Assembly: GCF_009914755.1 (NCBI RefSeq)
Contig: NC_060941.1
Direction: 5' to 3' (one strand)
DNA from: the human T2T-CHM13v2.0 reference genome, Homo sapiens
DNA length: 64,000 bases
Shown one piece after another: positions 1 through 11,760 of the stretch; positions within the stretch are counted from its first letter, which is position 1; each line of letters begins with the position of its first letter. Both the position numbers and the translations under genes were made by a program. Below the pieces are notes generated by a model. The model saw only the letters and a list, made by a program, of their open reading frames with translations, made no database searches and had not been told where the DNA came from.

Positions 1-509
1 TACCATGTAGTGTTTGTTGAATCTAAAATGAACTGTACAGTTAAGGAAGCCGAGGCCCAAAGAGGATGATTCAACTTCCATCCCTTCATTCTTTCTGCCA
101 TTAGGCTCGAGATTAGAATTACAGGAAGAAAGCATCTGAATGCACTAACTAGGGTCACATGGTCTTAGCTGGGGGTAAGCACAACCCTTTCAGTGATGGT
201 CCTAACAAATTGTAAATCAATCCTGATATTGTCAATCTTGTTTTTAAAAGCCTCTAGAGAATGATTCTTCCTCCTAAAACTCAACGAGCATTCTGAACCT
301 GAAAAGGGGGGGATGAAGTCTGGGTGTAAAAATATCACAACTGTCCATCATACTCTGGCCCAGAAACATCTTTAACTCCTGCCTCTTCCATACTTCACTT
401 CTCCTAAATATCTTTCTAATAACTTCCCTGCCCTCATAACTCCTTGCTGCCAGTCTCTACCTGCAAATCTATTTGCCCCACTACCAGTCATCTTCTACAA
501 TACATTCTG

Positions 510-897
510 GGCTGGGCGCAGTGGCTCACGCCTGTAATCCCAGCACTTCAGAAGGCCAAGGTAGGTAGATCATTTGAGGTTAGGAGTTTGAGACCAGCCT
601 GGCCAACATGGTAAAACCCCGTCTCTATGAAAAATACAAAAATTATCTGGACGTGGTGGTGGACGCCTGTAATCCCAGCTACTCAGGAGGCTGAGGCAGG
701 AGAATTACTTGAACCCAGGAGGTGGAGGTTGCAATGAGCCAAGATTGCGCCACTGCACTCCAGCCTGGGCAACAGAGGGAGACTGCATCTCAAAAATAAC
801 ATAACATAACATAACATAACATAACATAACATAACATAACATAACATAACATAAATAAAATAAAATAAAATAAATAAAAAAATAAAATAAAATAAAA
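510..897 (+). mobile_element. Alu (AluS-like) with microsatellite tail
   Basis: GGCTGGGCGCAGTGGCTCACGCCTGTAATCCCAGC, dimeric body to ~791, then an A-rich tail. Confidence 0.95.
796..897 (+). repeat. Compound (ATAAC)11-(ATAAA)n microsatellite
   Basis: 11 perfect ATAAC units at 796-850, then ATAAA units. Confidence 0.95.
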
Positions 898-3800
898 TCT
901 GATCAGTCCAAGCTTCTCCTTCCCTCCCCCTGCCCCCAAAAAGAACCCTTTATGGTCCCCCATTGCCATTAGCTGAAGTTTTTAATATGGTTTACAAGGT
1001 CCTTCCCAAGCCTTATCTTTCCACAAGGCTTCATTTACCACTCCAGCCCCACTACTCCTGAAACAGGCCTCTCTATGCCTATGTCTGTATTCTTCCTTTC
1101 TCCTGGATGCCTTTCCCACATTCTCTGTCTCGAAGGATCCCATTCATATTCGTCTTTCATAGATAGCATCAGATCTCACCTCTCATGGAGACTTCCTCAA
1201 ACAAGCCAGGATGAGTTGGTTAATCCTTCTTTTGTACTCTTTTCACACTCAGTAAGGACTTAAGATTATAGCCCTGAGCACATTTTATTATGGCGTTTGT
1301 TTACAAGTCTGTCTTCTTCACTGGACTGGGAGCTCCTCTAAAGTAGGCCCTGAGTTTTCCTTGGCTTTATTGCCCTAGTGCTTAGCATTGTGCCTAGCAT
1401 GTGGTGTTTGGTGAATTTCAAGTGAGCTGTACCGATGAGGAAACTGAAGCCCAAGGAGAACAAGCTGCACACTTAGAATGAGCAACCTCCCTAATGGCAA
1501 TCAAGTTGGAGAGACAGTTGTGATCAATCACATTGGGCTTTGTAATCATCTAGGCAGTTGCTAAAGACTGGAAGTAAAGGGTGGTCACCAGCTATCTCCC
1601 TTTGCACTTTGAGAAAATAAGGCTCAACAGGCTCAAACTTAAATGGTCAAGAGGGATTTAAATTAAAGAAGAGAAAGACCTTCTTGTTCCTGGGTTTGGT
1701 AGACAAAAAAGTGAGCTGACTCAGAACGTTTGTGAACTTTTTGCCTCTGGAGACTTTTACAAACAAGATAGACCTTATTATCAGGGCTGAGTCGAAAGTC
1801 CTGTTAGAGGCGGACAAATGGCTGAGCTGACGTCTGAAGAAGCTGCCTCTTGAGGAAGCCCTTGAGGGGCAGAGGAACCAGTGAGAAGACTTCAGTTCCC
1901 AGGGAGGTCAAGGATGCTTGGGGGAGGGGGAGACAGAGGAGGGAGCCCTTCCTAATTAAGCCTCTACCCACGAGTGAATGTGAGGCTAATAAGGCAGCCC
2001 CATTCCAGGGCACCTCCACACCCAGCCAGCCGGTCTGCCTGTTTATTGCCCGTATGGAGATCATTAATGCCTCCTGACACTGGGGTCACTCCCGGGGTCA
2101 ATCCCGGAGCCCCTTCTGGAAAACAAGGGGAAATGAACTTCCCAGCACATGTGGCTCAGCCTTGGCAGGGAGGGGGACTCTGGTCACCCCACACCTCAGC
2201 TCTGGGAGAGATCAGCACTCCAGGCAGTCAGACCCCCCGAAACAATCCCTTCTGCCCATGCTGGACTCAGGGGGGGTGGTCCTGGGGAAAGGCGAGGTGG
2301 AGGCCCTTGTCTGGGCCGGGACAACCCCCACTGAGGCTGTCCCAACCGACAGACAGACACTAATCCCCTGGCGACGGACTGGGCTGGTGTCTGGGAGCTG
2401 CAGCTGCAGCTCAACAGGGGCCAGGCTGCCGGCCACAGGTGGCGGGAAGGCGCAGGCCTGGTGGCCACGTGGGCGCGAGCTTGGGCCTCGGCCCCACCCT
2501 CACCCGCTTCCCCCTCGTTGATTGGGCCCCTTCCCCTTCCGGAATCCAAGATGGTGGGGGGGGGGGCGGGCTTCCAGGGCAATCGGAGCTTCAATTGGTG
2601 GAATGCAGGCCCTTTGAGCTGAAGGACAGCCTCAGTAGCCACTCAGGGAGCTCATGCTGGTGATGGTGGTGGGCGCTCAGCCACCTTACCTCACACTTAA
2701 GCAGCCGAGGTGACCTCAGGAATCGGTCTCCCGCAGGCTGGCGAGAGCCACAGTGAGAACGAGGAAACTCCAGACGGCCTCCGGGCAGGCCCCTTACCAG
2801 CCTGGGGCGTCTTCCTCGATAATGGAACTGAGAATCAGTCCCTACCTGCCCGGCAAGAAGACGGGAAAAACCTCCAACTACCTTGGAGGAAATCAATAGG
2901 ATTACGAGGTTAATGCCAGAGCAGGCTGAGTGACAGTTACCAAATAAATGATCTTGGGAGGACATGGCTGAGGTTAAACGAGGCCCAATAAATAAAGGAG
3001 CGTGTTCAAAGGAGAAACTTCAGAAAATGCAAGGACGCCGGAGGCGGGGGTGGTGGTCGGGCCTGGGGACTCCTTCCTGTCCTCTCGTCGGGGACCTGTT
3101 GAATCTCCCAGAGGAGCCACAGCCCCGGGCCTGCCTTTCACAACCTGCCCACTCGGGTCTGCACCCTGTTCCGTGCCAGTGTTGGCATAGCTCCAGGGCA
3201 CAGCACTCCTTGGACAGCTGCATCCCCCCAGCTTTGGAGACTGAATGAGGGAATGGAAAGTCTTACCGTGGAGGCCTGACCAGTTAACAGAGCCCCAGCG
3301 TGCCTCTGACTCCTTAGAGAAAGGACCAACTGCAGCAAGAGGGGTTGAAGCTAGATGTGAGGAGGCACTTCCCAAACAGATTGATGGACAGAGCTTATGG
3401 GCCTTGGAGACAAGGAAGTTTCCCGTAGGCCTTCAGCTGAGTGTCTTTTCTTCATGAAATCTGCTATAGAACGGTTTTGATGACTGAGCAGTAAGCAAAG
3501 TCCCTTCTCCAATTTCTTCCAAATCTTCCCACTGATGCCCACATCAAGCCTCCTTCCATTCCCTTTTCTACTGTGCCTGCCCCTTTAGAATTGGGGATTG
3601 AAAAACCCAAGCACAGAGAGCAGCTCTGGGTGAGTGGGGCCGGAGGCAGATGGGGGACGTTTGAGGAAGAGGGCAGCAGGGAGAAGAAGGCCTTGGTGAC
3701 ATGGGATGGGGGCACTCAGGAAGCTCCAGGACACGCTTCTTGGGACGGCAATTGGAAAAGAGGCTTGAGCTTGGTACAGACTGCTAGAAGGGCCCTGTGA

Positions 3801-4151
3801 TGTGGGGAAGGAGCGGAAGGCACCAAGGACGTGCCTTTTGTTGGAGTTTCATTCAGCTTTGTTGCCATGAGTCATTTGGCTTTGTGTTTATATAGTGCCT
3901 TCATAGTAATAAATCAGACTCAAGGAAGGAGAGAGAATGGTGTTCTGAGCCCCCGGTGCAACCCTGTGGTGTGTCCCTCCACACCCAGGGCTGGATTGCC
4001 TCTGGGGCAGTAGGTCTGTGGCCAAGTAGGTGGGGTGTGGGGTAGGAGAAGAGGGTTCTTTGCCCGGTGGCCTGTTATAAAGGATTTTATTCCAGATGAA
4101 AGCACAATTTTCCTTATCGTCACTTGTTTCTGATGTAGTCAAGAATTTCCC

Positions 4152-4626
<475 letters not shown>

Positions 4627-4999
4627 AATTTGCCTTTTTTTTGTCCAAGGCTGTGTTCTCAGCTAGAAAGGGCCATCAACATCATCTTTACACATGAAAA
4701 GCTTGCAGCAGAGTCTGTGTGTACAACCCTCGCTCTTCATTCCGTTAGCAATGTGTCCTGGTGAATGAGCACCCCACTCCTGGGGTCCTGCTGGCTTTCT
4801 TCCAGTAGCTAACGTGGTAGGAGCCCGCAGGAGACAGAGAATGATGTTCTTAGGAACATCAAGGATACTGGAAGTGCCCTCTCTTGGAAATCTGAAGAGA
4901 GAGATGATTAAGTTTTTGGTCCCTGGGTGAGTATTTTATTTTTTAGCAAATGAACAATAATAATAATGAATAGGTTATGATCTTGGGCTCTTGAGCCCT

Positions 5000-5620
5000 A
5001 TAGGTCCAATAACCTCTTTACTTACTGTGAGACCTTGGTCAAGTCCTATTTATAATGATACCTGTATTTGAGTGTTACCATGCGCCAGGCACTATACATG
5101 TTACTCTTACAACAACAACGTGAAGGAGGCTGTGTTATCCCTGTTTAACAAAGAAAACCTGCTTAGGCTAAGAAACTGGAGAGCAGTTTACTTAAAAGCA
5201 TAGGCACTGAAGATTCAAACTAGTTTGGCTTTAAATCTTGACTTCATTTCCTGGTTGTATGACATTGGGCAAATTATGTGACCTCAGTTTCTTCATCTGT
5301 AAAATTGGGTTTATGATAGTAACCACCTGATAAGGTAGTGAGGCTGAAATGAGATAATGTGCATAAAGTTCTTAGAATTCTGCCAGGCACATTGTAGGTG
5401 TTTGATAAATGTTAGCTATAATTGTGAGCCCTCAAAGTACTTTTATCTATGTGCTGTCACTTCATCCTTTCTGCTACCCTATGAGGTGGCTATTGTTATT
5501 AAATTCATTTATAGATGAGGAAGCAGAGCCTTAAAACTCTGCTCTAGCCTTAAAACTCTGACCTAGAACATGCTGTAGACCTGAATTCAGGCCTTTAAAC
5601 TTCAAATTCCAAGCATTTTC
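5000..5620. mobile_element. Cluster of MIR relics
   Basis: CCTCAGTTTCTTCATCTGTAAAAT and TTATAGATGAGGAAGCAGAG core motifs. Confidence 0.6.
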
Positions 5621-6689
5621 TGATAGTCTCCCATTCTTAAATTCTAATTTATTTTAGCCCCTCATTCAGAAATATCCCCAAGGAGCCGAATTTAAAGCCA
5701 AATTTGGATTATCTATGCTTGGGAAGAATGCAAAGGAGAAAGGAAAAAAAGGGAAGTGTTGAACAATTAAATAATATCTCTGATTTAGGAATTTTTTTCA
5801 CCTAGCACAACCCTAGGAGATATACCTTCCTCTGGTAGTGAAATAAGCATATATTTCAGAGAAGTCTTACTGAAGGAAATGGAAGGAAGTGAGGATTCAG
5901 GAGCATGTAGTGTAAGGATGGGGGAGGGGAAGCTGACCTTCTAGAGAAAATCCACCAAAGAAAAAGGTCTCTGGATCAGGAGGTCTAGATTGCTCAGGCT
6001 ATGCAAAACCCAGACTTGATCATTCATTCCTTACCTCTGTAGTGTCTCAAATGAGAGTTAAAGGAGGGATCCACCTGTGCTGTTGGTGAATCACTGTCTC
6101 TGCCCTCAGTCCCAAAGGGGCTCAGACCAGTCTGCCTCACCCAGCTCAGAGATGAAGGCAGCCCAGTCCTCAGTTCCTTCTACCTGGAAGTTTCTGGTTC
6201 TGCCTGACAGGAGAAGGCCTGAGAGAGCAGGGTGAGAGGTCAGGTGAGCAGACCTGCATCTGTGGTGTGAGGGGAAGCACCTGCAGTAGCAGCAGCTGCC
6301 ACCTCTACCCATCCCCTGCTTGGTCCTTCTCCAACCTCCCAGAGGGAGCTCAAGCTCCTGCCCCACAGCTTTCCTGAGCTTGCTAATCTGAATGGGATGT
6401 GGGCTGAGGAATCTGGAACCAAGACTTGGGGCTACTGGGTGACAATAAAGCTACAGGAGGACAATAAAGCTACAGGGGACAGATCAATTCCCTGCTGCCT
6501 CATCCATCCTTTCCCTTTTGGAGGTTAATAAGGATCCTAGGCCTTAGACCACAGCATACACAGAAAAACATAGCTGGGAAAGAAGTGAGGAGGGATTTTG
6601 TGTCCTGGTTTTGAATGGGAAGACACGAGCACATGCGCACTCAGGTAAGTATCTTTCATTATGGAGGAAGGCACTCAGCACTGAGCTGG

Positions 6690-6804
6690 TGAAGCAAGAG
6701 GATGGCTTGAGCCCAGGAGTCTTTGAGGCTGCAGTGAGCTATGACTGCATGCCAGCCTGGGCAACAGAGTGATACCCTGTTTCTTTAAAAAAAAAAAAAA
6801 AAAA
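6690..6804 (+). mobile_element. 5'-truncated AluJ/FRAM-like fragment with poly(A)
   Basis: GGATGGCTTGAGCCCAGGAG...GCAGTGAGCTATGA...CCTGGGCAACAGAGTGA followed by an A run. Confidence 0.8.
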
Positions 6805-6834
6805 GGAACACTGAGCTGGGAACTTTTACATATG

Positions 6835-7235
6835 CTTCAGGAGTATATTTAGCTGTAAGTAACAGAGATCCATCCAGACTAACAATGATGAAAAGAAATA
6901 AGGTTTATTTTTCTTATGTATAAGAAGCAGGCTGGCACTGGTTTACCTGCTCAATGATGCCATAAGGAACTCAGGCCCTTTCTGTTTTTCCTTGGATATC
7001 CTTAACATATTGACTTTCATCCTTCTTCCTTAAGGTCTCTAGAGGGTGAGAACTTCAAGGATCTCATCTGCAGGGGAAAGGAAGATCACATCTTCCCCTT
7101 TATCAAGAAAGCAAAATATTTCCCACAACCTTTCTCCCCTCCAGTCTTCCGTTTAGGTCTTATTGGCCAACACTGGATTACGTGGCCATCTCTAGCTACA
7201 AGAGAGACTAGGAGAGCAGAGAACAGGATTTTCAT
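6835..7235. mobile_element. Old MaLR LTR (MLT1-like) relic
   Basis: Motifs such as TTTAGCTGTAAGTAACAGA and GGCCAACACTGGATTACGTGGCCATCTCTAGCTACAAG resemble MLT1J/K. Confidence 0.5.
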
Positions 7236-7883
7236 AGACCAGTGGTTCTCAGCCTTGCCTGGAACTCCTGGGCTCAAGCTATCCTCCTGCCTTGGCCCCC
7301 TGAGTAGCTAGGACTACAAGCGGCGCCACCATGTCCGGCTTTGGCTCTACTCACAGAGATTCTGACTCAGTTGGTCTGGGTTAGAGCTTGGCATTGGTAT
7401 TTATTAAGTGCTCCAAAAACCTAATTTTTTTAAAAAATTGTAATTGCTTTTCACTACACTATGGTGCCAGCTCATCCTCCACCAAAAGGTCATCCTCAAC
7501 CAAAGCCACCCCAGGCTCTAGGGAGCCACCCTACTGTGCTGACTGGCATCCCCAACTTATCCTGTAGCCCCTGCTGTCTCTGAGATTGATTATTTAGGTG
7601 ATTAATTACTCAGCTTGCAGGTCATTCATTAATGAATTTGCTGTTAGTGATGGGTTAGTCAAGTAGTTGGGTAACTAACAGAATGGTCAGTTGGCCTTTC
7701 CTCCTGTTTGTGTGTCTAACACATAGTAAGCATTTGATATTTCTTTGGATGAATGAATCCATAAAATAGAGAAAAAAATGGAGTTAATACAGTATCAAAT
7801 GAGATGGCAGCTGTGAAACCACTTTGTAAATGGTAAAACACTGTACGATATAACAATAAACATTTACATTAGAAACTACTTTT

Positions 7884-8208
7884 ATTTTTTCTTTATTTTT
7901 AAATTTTATTTATTATTATTATTTTTGAGACAGACTCTCACTCTATCATCCAGGCTGGAGTGCAATGGCACTATTTCGGCTCACTGAAACCTCTGCCTCC
8001 CAGGTTCAAGTGATTCCCCTGCCTCAGCCTCCAGAGTAGCTGGGACTACAGGCATGCGCCACCATGTCTTGCTAATTTTTGTATTTTTAGTAGAGACAGT
8101 GTTTCACCATGTTGGCCAGGCTGGTCTTGAACTCCAGGCCTCAAATGATCCGCCTGCCTAGGCCTCCCAAAGTCCTGGGATTATAGGCATGAGCCACTGC
8201 GACCAGCC
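7884..8208 (-). mobile_element. Alu
   Basis: Reverse Alu consensus; TSD AGAAACTACTTTT at 7871-7883 and 8210-8222. Confidence 0.95.
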
Positions 8209-10369
8209 GAGAAACTACTTTTTAAAATTTAGGGCCAGGACAAAGTCTGTTCCTTCACCATTCACCAAAGAGTTACTGTTTCCACATTTCTGATATAGAG
8301 AACTACCATGTTGCTCTGCTGGCTCATAAGCCAGATTTTATTCTCAATTATAGCAACTTTGTCAGCACTTAGTGATAGCATATATGCTTACTCCTTTTTC
8401 CTTGATCCTAATGTGTTTTTCTACTTGTGTTTTTATTAGCTAATTCTGGTTATAAACCACCTCAAGCCTTTTGCGGAAAAGAGAAAAGTAGAATAAATTT
8501 TTAAAATACTTGGGAGCTAGCCTTTATCAACCATGCATTAATATAGGCAATCCTCACAATAAGCTAGTAGGTTGGCGTAATTATCCCCATTTTATATGAG
8601 CATTAATGAACTTGCCCAAGGTCACATAGCTGCAAAATGGTGAGCCAGGAATCAGAGCTAGGTTTCAAAACCAAGGTGAGCCTGCTACCAAACCTGAGCA
8701 CTTTCCCCCAAGCCAACCCAAATCAGTGTGACCGATGTGTGGCACCGTCAGTTATTTGTTTAGCTAGTTGAGGAGGGTTTTCATATTTTGAACTCCTCAA
8801 AGTAGTTTTGGAGAAAAAAAAATTGGTCTTCTCCTCTTCTACACAGGCTCTTTTTCAGCAAATACTATGCAGCATCCATTATAAGCTTTTCTATTATTTT
8901 ACATACGACTAAGAAGAAAAAACGCTGCTAATTAAGCTATGACACACCGCTAGCTATCAGATGCATCTCAGTTTCAGAGATACCAGAATGTGAAAAATGT
9001 GTGTCTTAGAGTCAGTTAAATGAGGTATTCCATTCTAATAATGGGGAATGTGCATACAGAACCGCTCTCATTTACTCACTTGCTGGCTGGTTTGCCCCTT
9101 CCTTTTTACTGCCAAAAGCTTACCTGTCCCTTCCATATCTCATTTCTCCATGTCATCATGAACCTGTTGATATTAATTTAGACTGTCTGCCATCAGTCTC
9201 CAGAAAGCCTTGCACTTATAGGAAGGTTCCAGTCTAGTTTGTTTGTTTTTGTTTGTTTGTTTTATTAAAGAACTATACGATACGATCTCAGTATGAACTT
9301 CCTCCAATGACTGTCAACAAATTCTTTCCAGAGTCTGGCCTAGCTCTAGTCTTCCCATAGTACCTGGTGATTCACTGCCCTCCCTGTTCACCATTCCACA
9401 CAGTAGTTGGTTGCTTAGTCTGTATACTATTTATTTGCAAGGGATTTCCCTACAGGCTGTTGGAGAGGTCATGGGAGGGGGCTTGCGAGCAGAAGCTGAG
9501 GCATGTCATCCAGGTCTCCCTAACACAGGAAACACGACTCCCCAGGCATCTCCTGAAACGCCAGGGCCTTCCCTTTCTCCATTCCAGGAGTCCGCAGGTT
9601 TGGGGAAGGATTCTGCTCCTCCACTCCTCTTAGATATTATTTCCCCTCCCTGGTTTGAGACTCCATGAGAGGAATGGTGATAGGGTGGTGGGACCTGGTA
9701 CTGCAATGGTGATAGGGACTTGAGCAGCGGCCCACTGTTGAGGTGGATTTCAGGCTCCTGACAGCAGCAGCGACTGGCTTTTCTGAGTTGGCGTTTTTGC
9801 TTCCACCTTTGAGTGCAGGGTGGTAAAGAAGGCATTGATGCTGGCTTTCCATTTCCTAGCATTAGAACAGGGACAGACCCATCCAGGAAAAGAATTTCCC
9901 TGTCCTCTCCCCTTCAAGCTGATTTTGAGGTCAGAATCTGGAAAGGGACAGAGGCTGGTTGAGGACACTGGTGGAGGGAGGGATGCAGCCCATGCTAAGC
10001 ACTAAGGGACCACTCTGGGGATCCTTATTGATGAGGATTCTGCTGTCTTTGCAGATGGGTGGGCAGGCCTATTTCTGCCCCAGGATTCTGGGCATGTGAC
10101 AGGCGGGGAGGCTGGGGCACGGGCTGGGGTCCGCATGGGTCCGTCTGCTAGTGGAAAGGCAGCGTCCTGTGGGAGGTACAGACAGAGAGAAACAGAGGTA
10201 AGTGGAGACAGAGAGCTCAGAGGCTGGGCAGGGAGGTCTAGGTGCTGAGCGGGACTCCGTTTCTGAGGCGGAAAGAACCGGGTGGCTGGGAGCAGGACGC
10301 TCCCCAGTCTCCACTTCCTAGACTAGGGCAGGCATTGGGCTTCCTCTTCAGCTCTCCAGGATCTCAAGG

Positions 10370-11760
10370 AGCTGCCGCGGAATCCTGGCCCTGGGCCGCA
10401 GTTTCCCCAGGAGGCTCTGCCAAGCCTGGCACCTTGCAGCCCGGCCTGGGCTCTGTCAAGGCCCGAGCCGGACTCGGCTCCACTCAGAGGCCGGCCCAGC
10501 ACTTCCCTGCCGCCGCCGCCCCGCACCCGGCCACCGGGCTTCCTCCCAGTCCTCACCCCTGACCTCCGCGGCCGACTTCGAGGCGCGCCAGGCCGGGTCC
10601 AGCGCCCGCGGCCCCCTGGGCCGGGACAAGGAGGGCGGGTGAGCAGAAGGGCCGTGCCCAGGGCCTGGAAGTGCAAGGCCGCGTGGTGGGCATGGTAGGG
10701 AAGCGGAGCGTGGGCCTGTGAGGCGCGTGTGCGCCTGCGACCTCGGGACCGGGGCTCCCAAATGAACAGCGCGCACAGCTGGGAGCGGGGCTTGGGGAGC
10801 GGGGCTCTGCGGCCGGGGATCCGTAGAAGCCGCTGCCTGGAAGCGGGCGCCGGCAGGGGGTGGCCAGACCCGGTCGTGGAGCGTCCTAGTCTTCGGGCAC
10901 GGCGGGGCCAGGCGAGCCCTCCTGGTTGTCGAGCCTCGGCTGAGAGCCGGGCTGCTCGCCCTTGCTTCCCGCCTCTCTAATCTAAACCATGCGGGGCTCC
11001 CAGCCCCTACCCGGCTCGCGGGGCCCGAGGGCCAAGAGGAGGGCACTGGGCCGCGCGGTGGAGGAGCCGGCGGCTCGCGTGGGGCTCGGGATCTTGGGGA
11101 CCGCGACGCCGGGGAACCCTGGAGCCCCCCTCCCCGGGGGACAGCGGGCGCAGACTGATTGACAGCGGCGACGTCAGCGCGGAGGGGGGGCGGCCCCAGA
11201 GGGAGGGAGGGAGGAGGAGGGAATTGAGGCCCCAAAGTGCAGCCTTGGAGATCAAGGGCCCGCTCCAGAGCCGGGATGTGTCCAGCCCCGAGGGCACGGC
11301 AGGCAGCTGGACCCTGACCCAGCGGCGCGGAGTCGGAGCCCCGGCCGTCCCGCGCTCCTCGGACCCGAACCTGCAGGGGACCTCGGGCCGCTGGCGCCTC
11401 CGCATGCGGCACCGCAATTAGGGTGAGTGTGGGTTCCAGCCGAGTGGGGACGAGCTGGGCGTGCGGGGCTGGGGCCACAGGGGCTCAGGGTTAGGCTGCG
11501 GGGACGGACAGGAGGATGAGCTGGAAAGGGGTGAGTCACGCGACCCGGGGAAGAACTTCAGGGGCGGTCAAAGTTGCAGGAAGGCGGCGCGAAGTGCCTT
11601 GGGTCGGGCCGCCGCCTCGGCCCGACACCCAGTAGTTGGGGCACGAGCCCTCCTCTCTGAGTAACGCGATGAATTGGGTCTAGAGATCCAAGAGCATAGA
11701 AATATCGACAGCGCCAGCACCCTAAGAACAAGGCCGTGACAGGCGGAGCGGTGGCCTGGA
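10370..11760. promoter_or_regulatory. CpG island / TBX4 promoter
   Basis: Very high GC and CpG density. TGATTGACAG at 11156-11165, CGACGTCA at 11169-11176, G/GA-rich box at 11181-11222, no TATA. Confidence 0.85.
11267..11422 (+). other. TBX4: Probable non-coding first exon of TBX4 (5' boundary approximate)
   Basis: Lies in the CpG island downstream of promoter-type motifs and ends in the strong donor AGG|GTGAGT at 11422/11423. Exon 2 has an acceptor only 3 nt before its ATG, implying an upstream exon. The start is not determinable from sequence alone. Confidence 0.65.

Noticed and set aside
10456-11478. 340-aa antisense ORF across the promoter
   Set aside because: Pro/Ala/Arg/Gly-rich with no recognisable domain and a non-ATG start; long open frames are expected in stop-poor CpG islands
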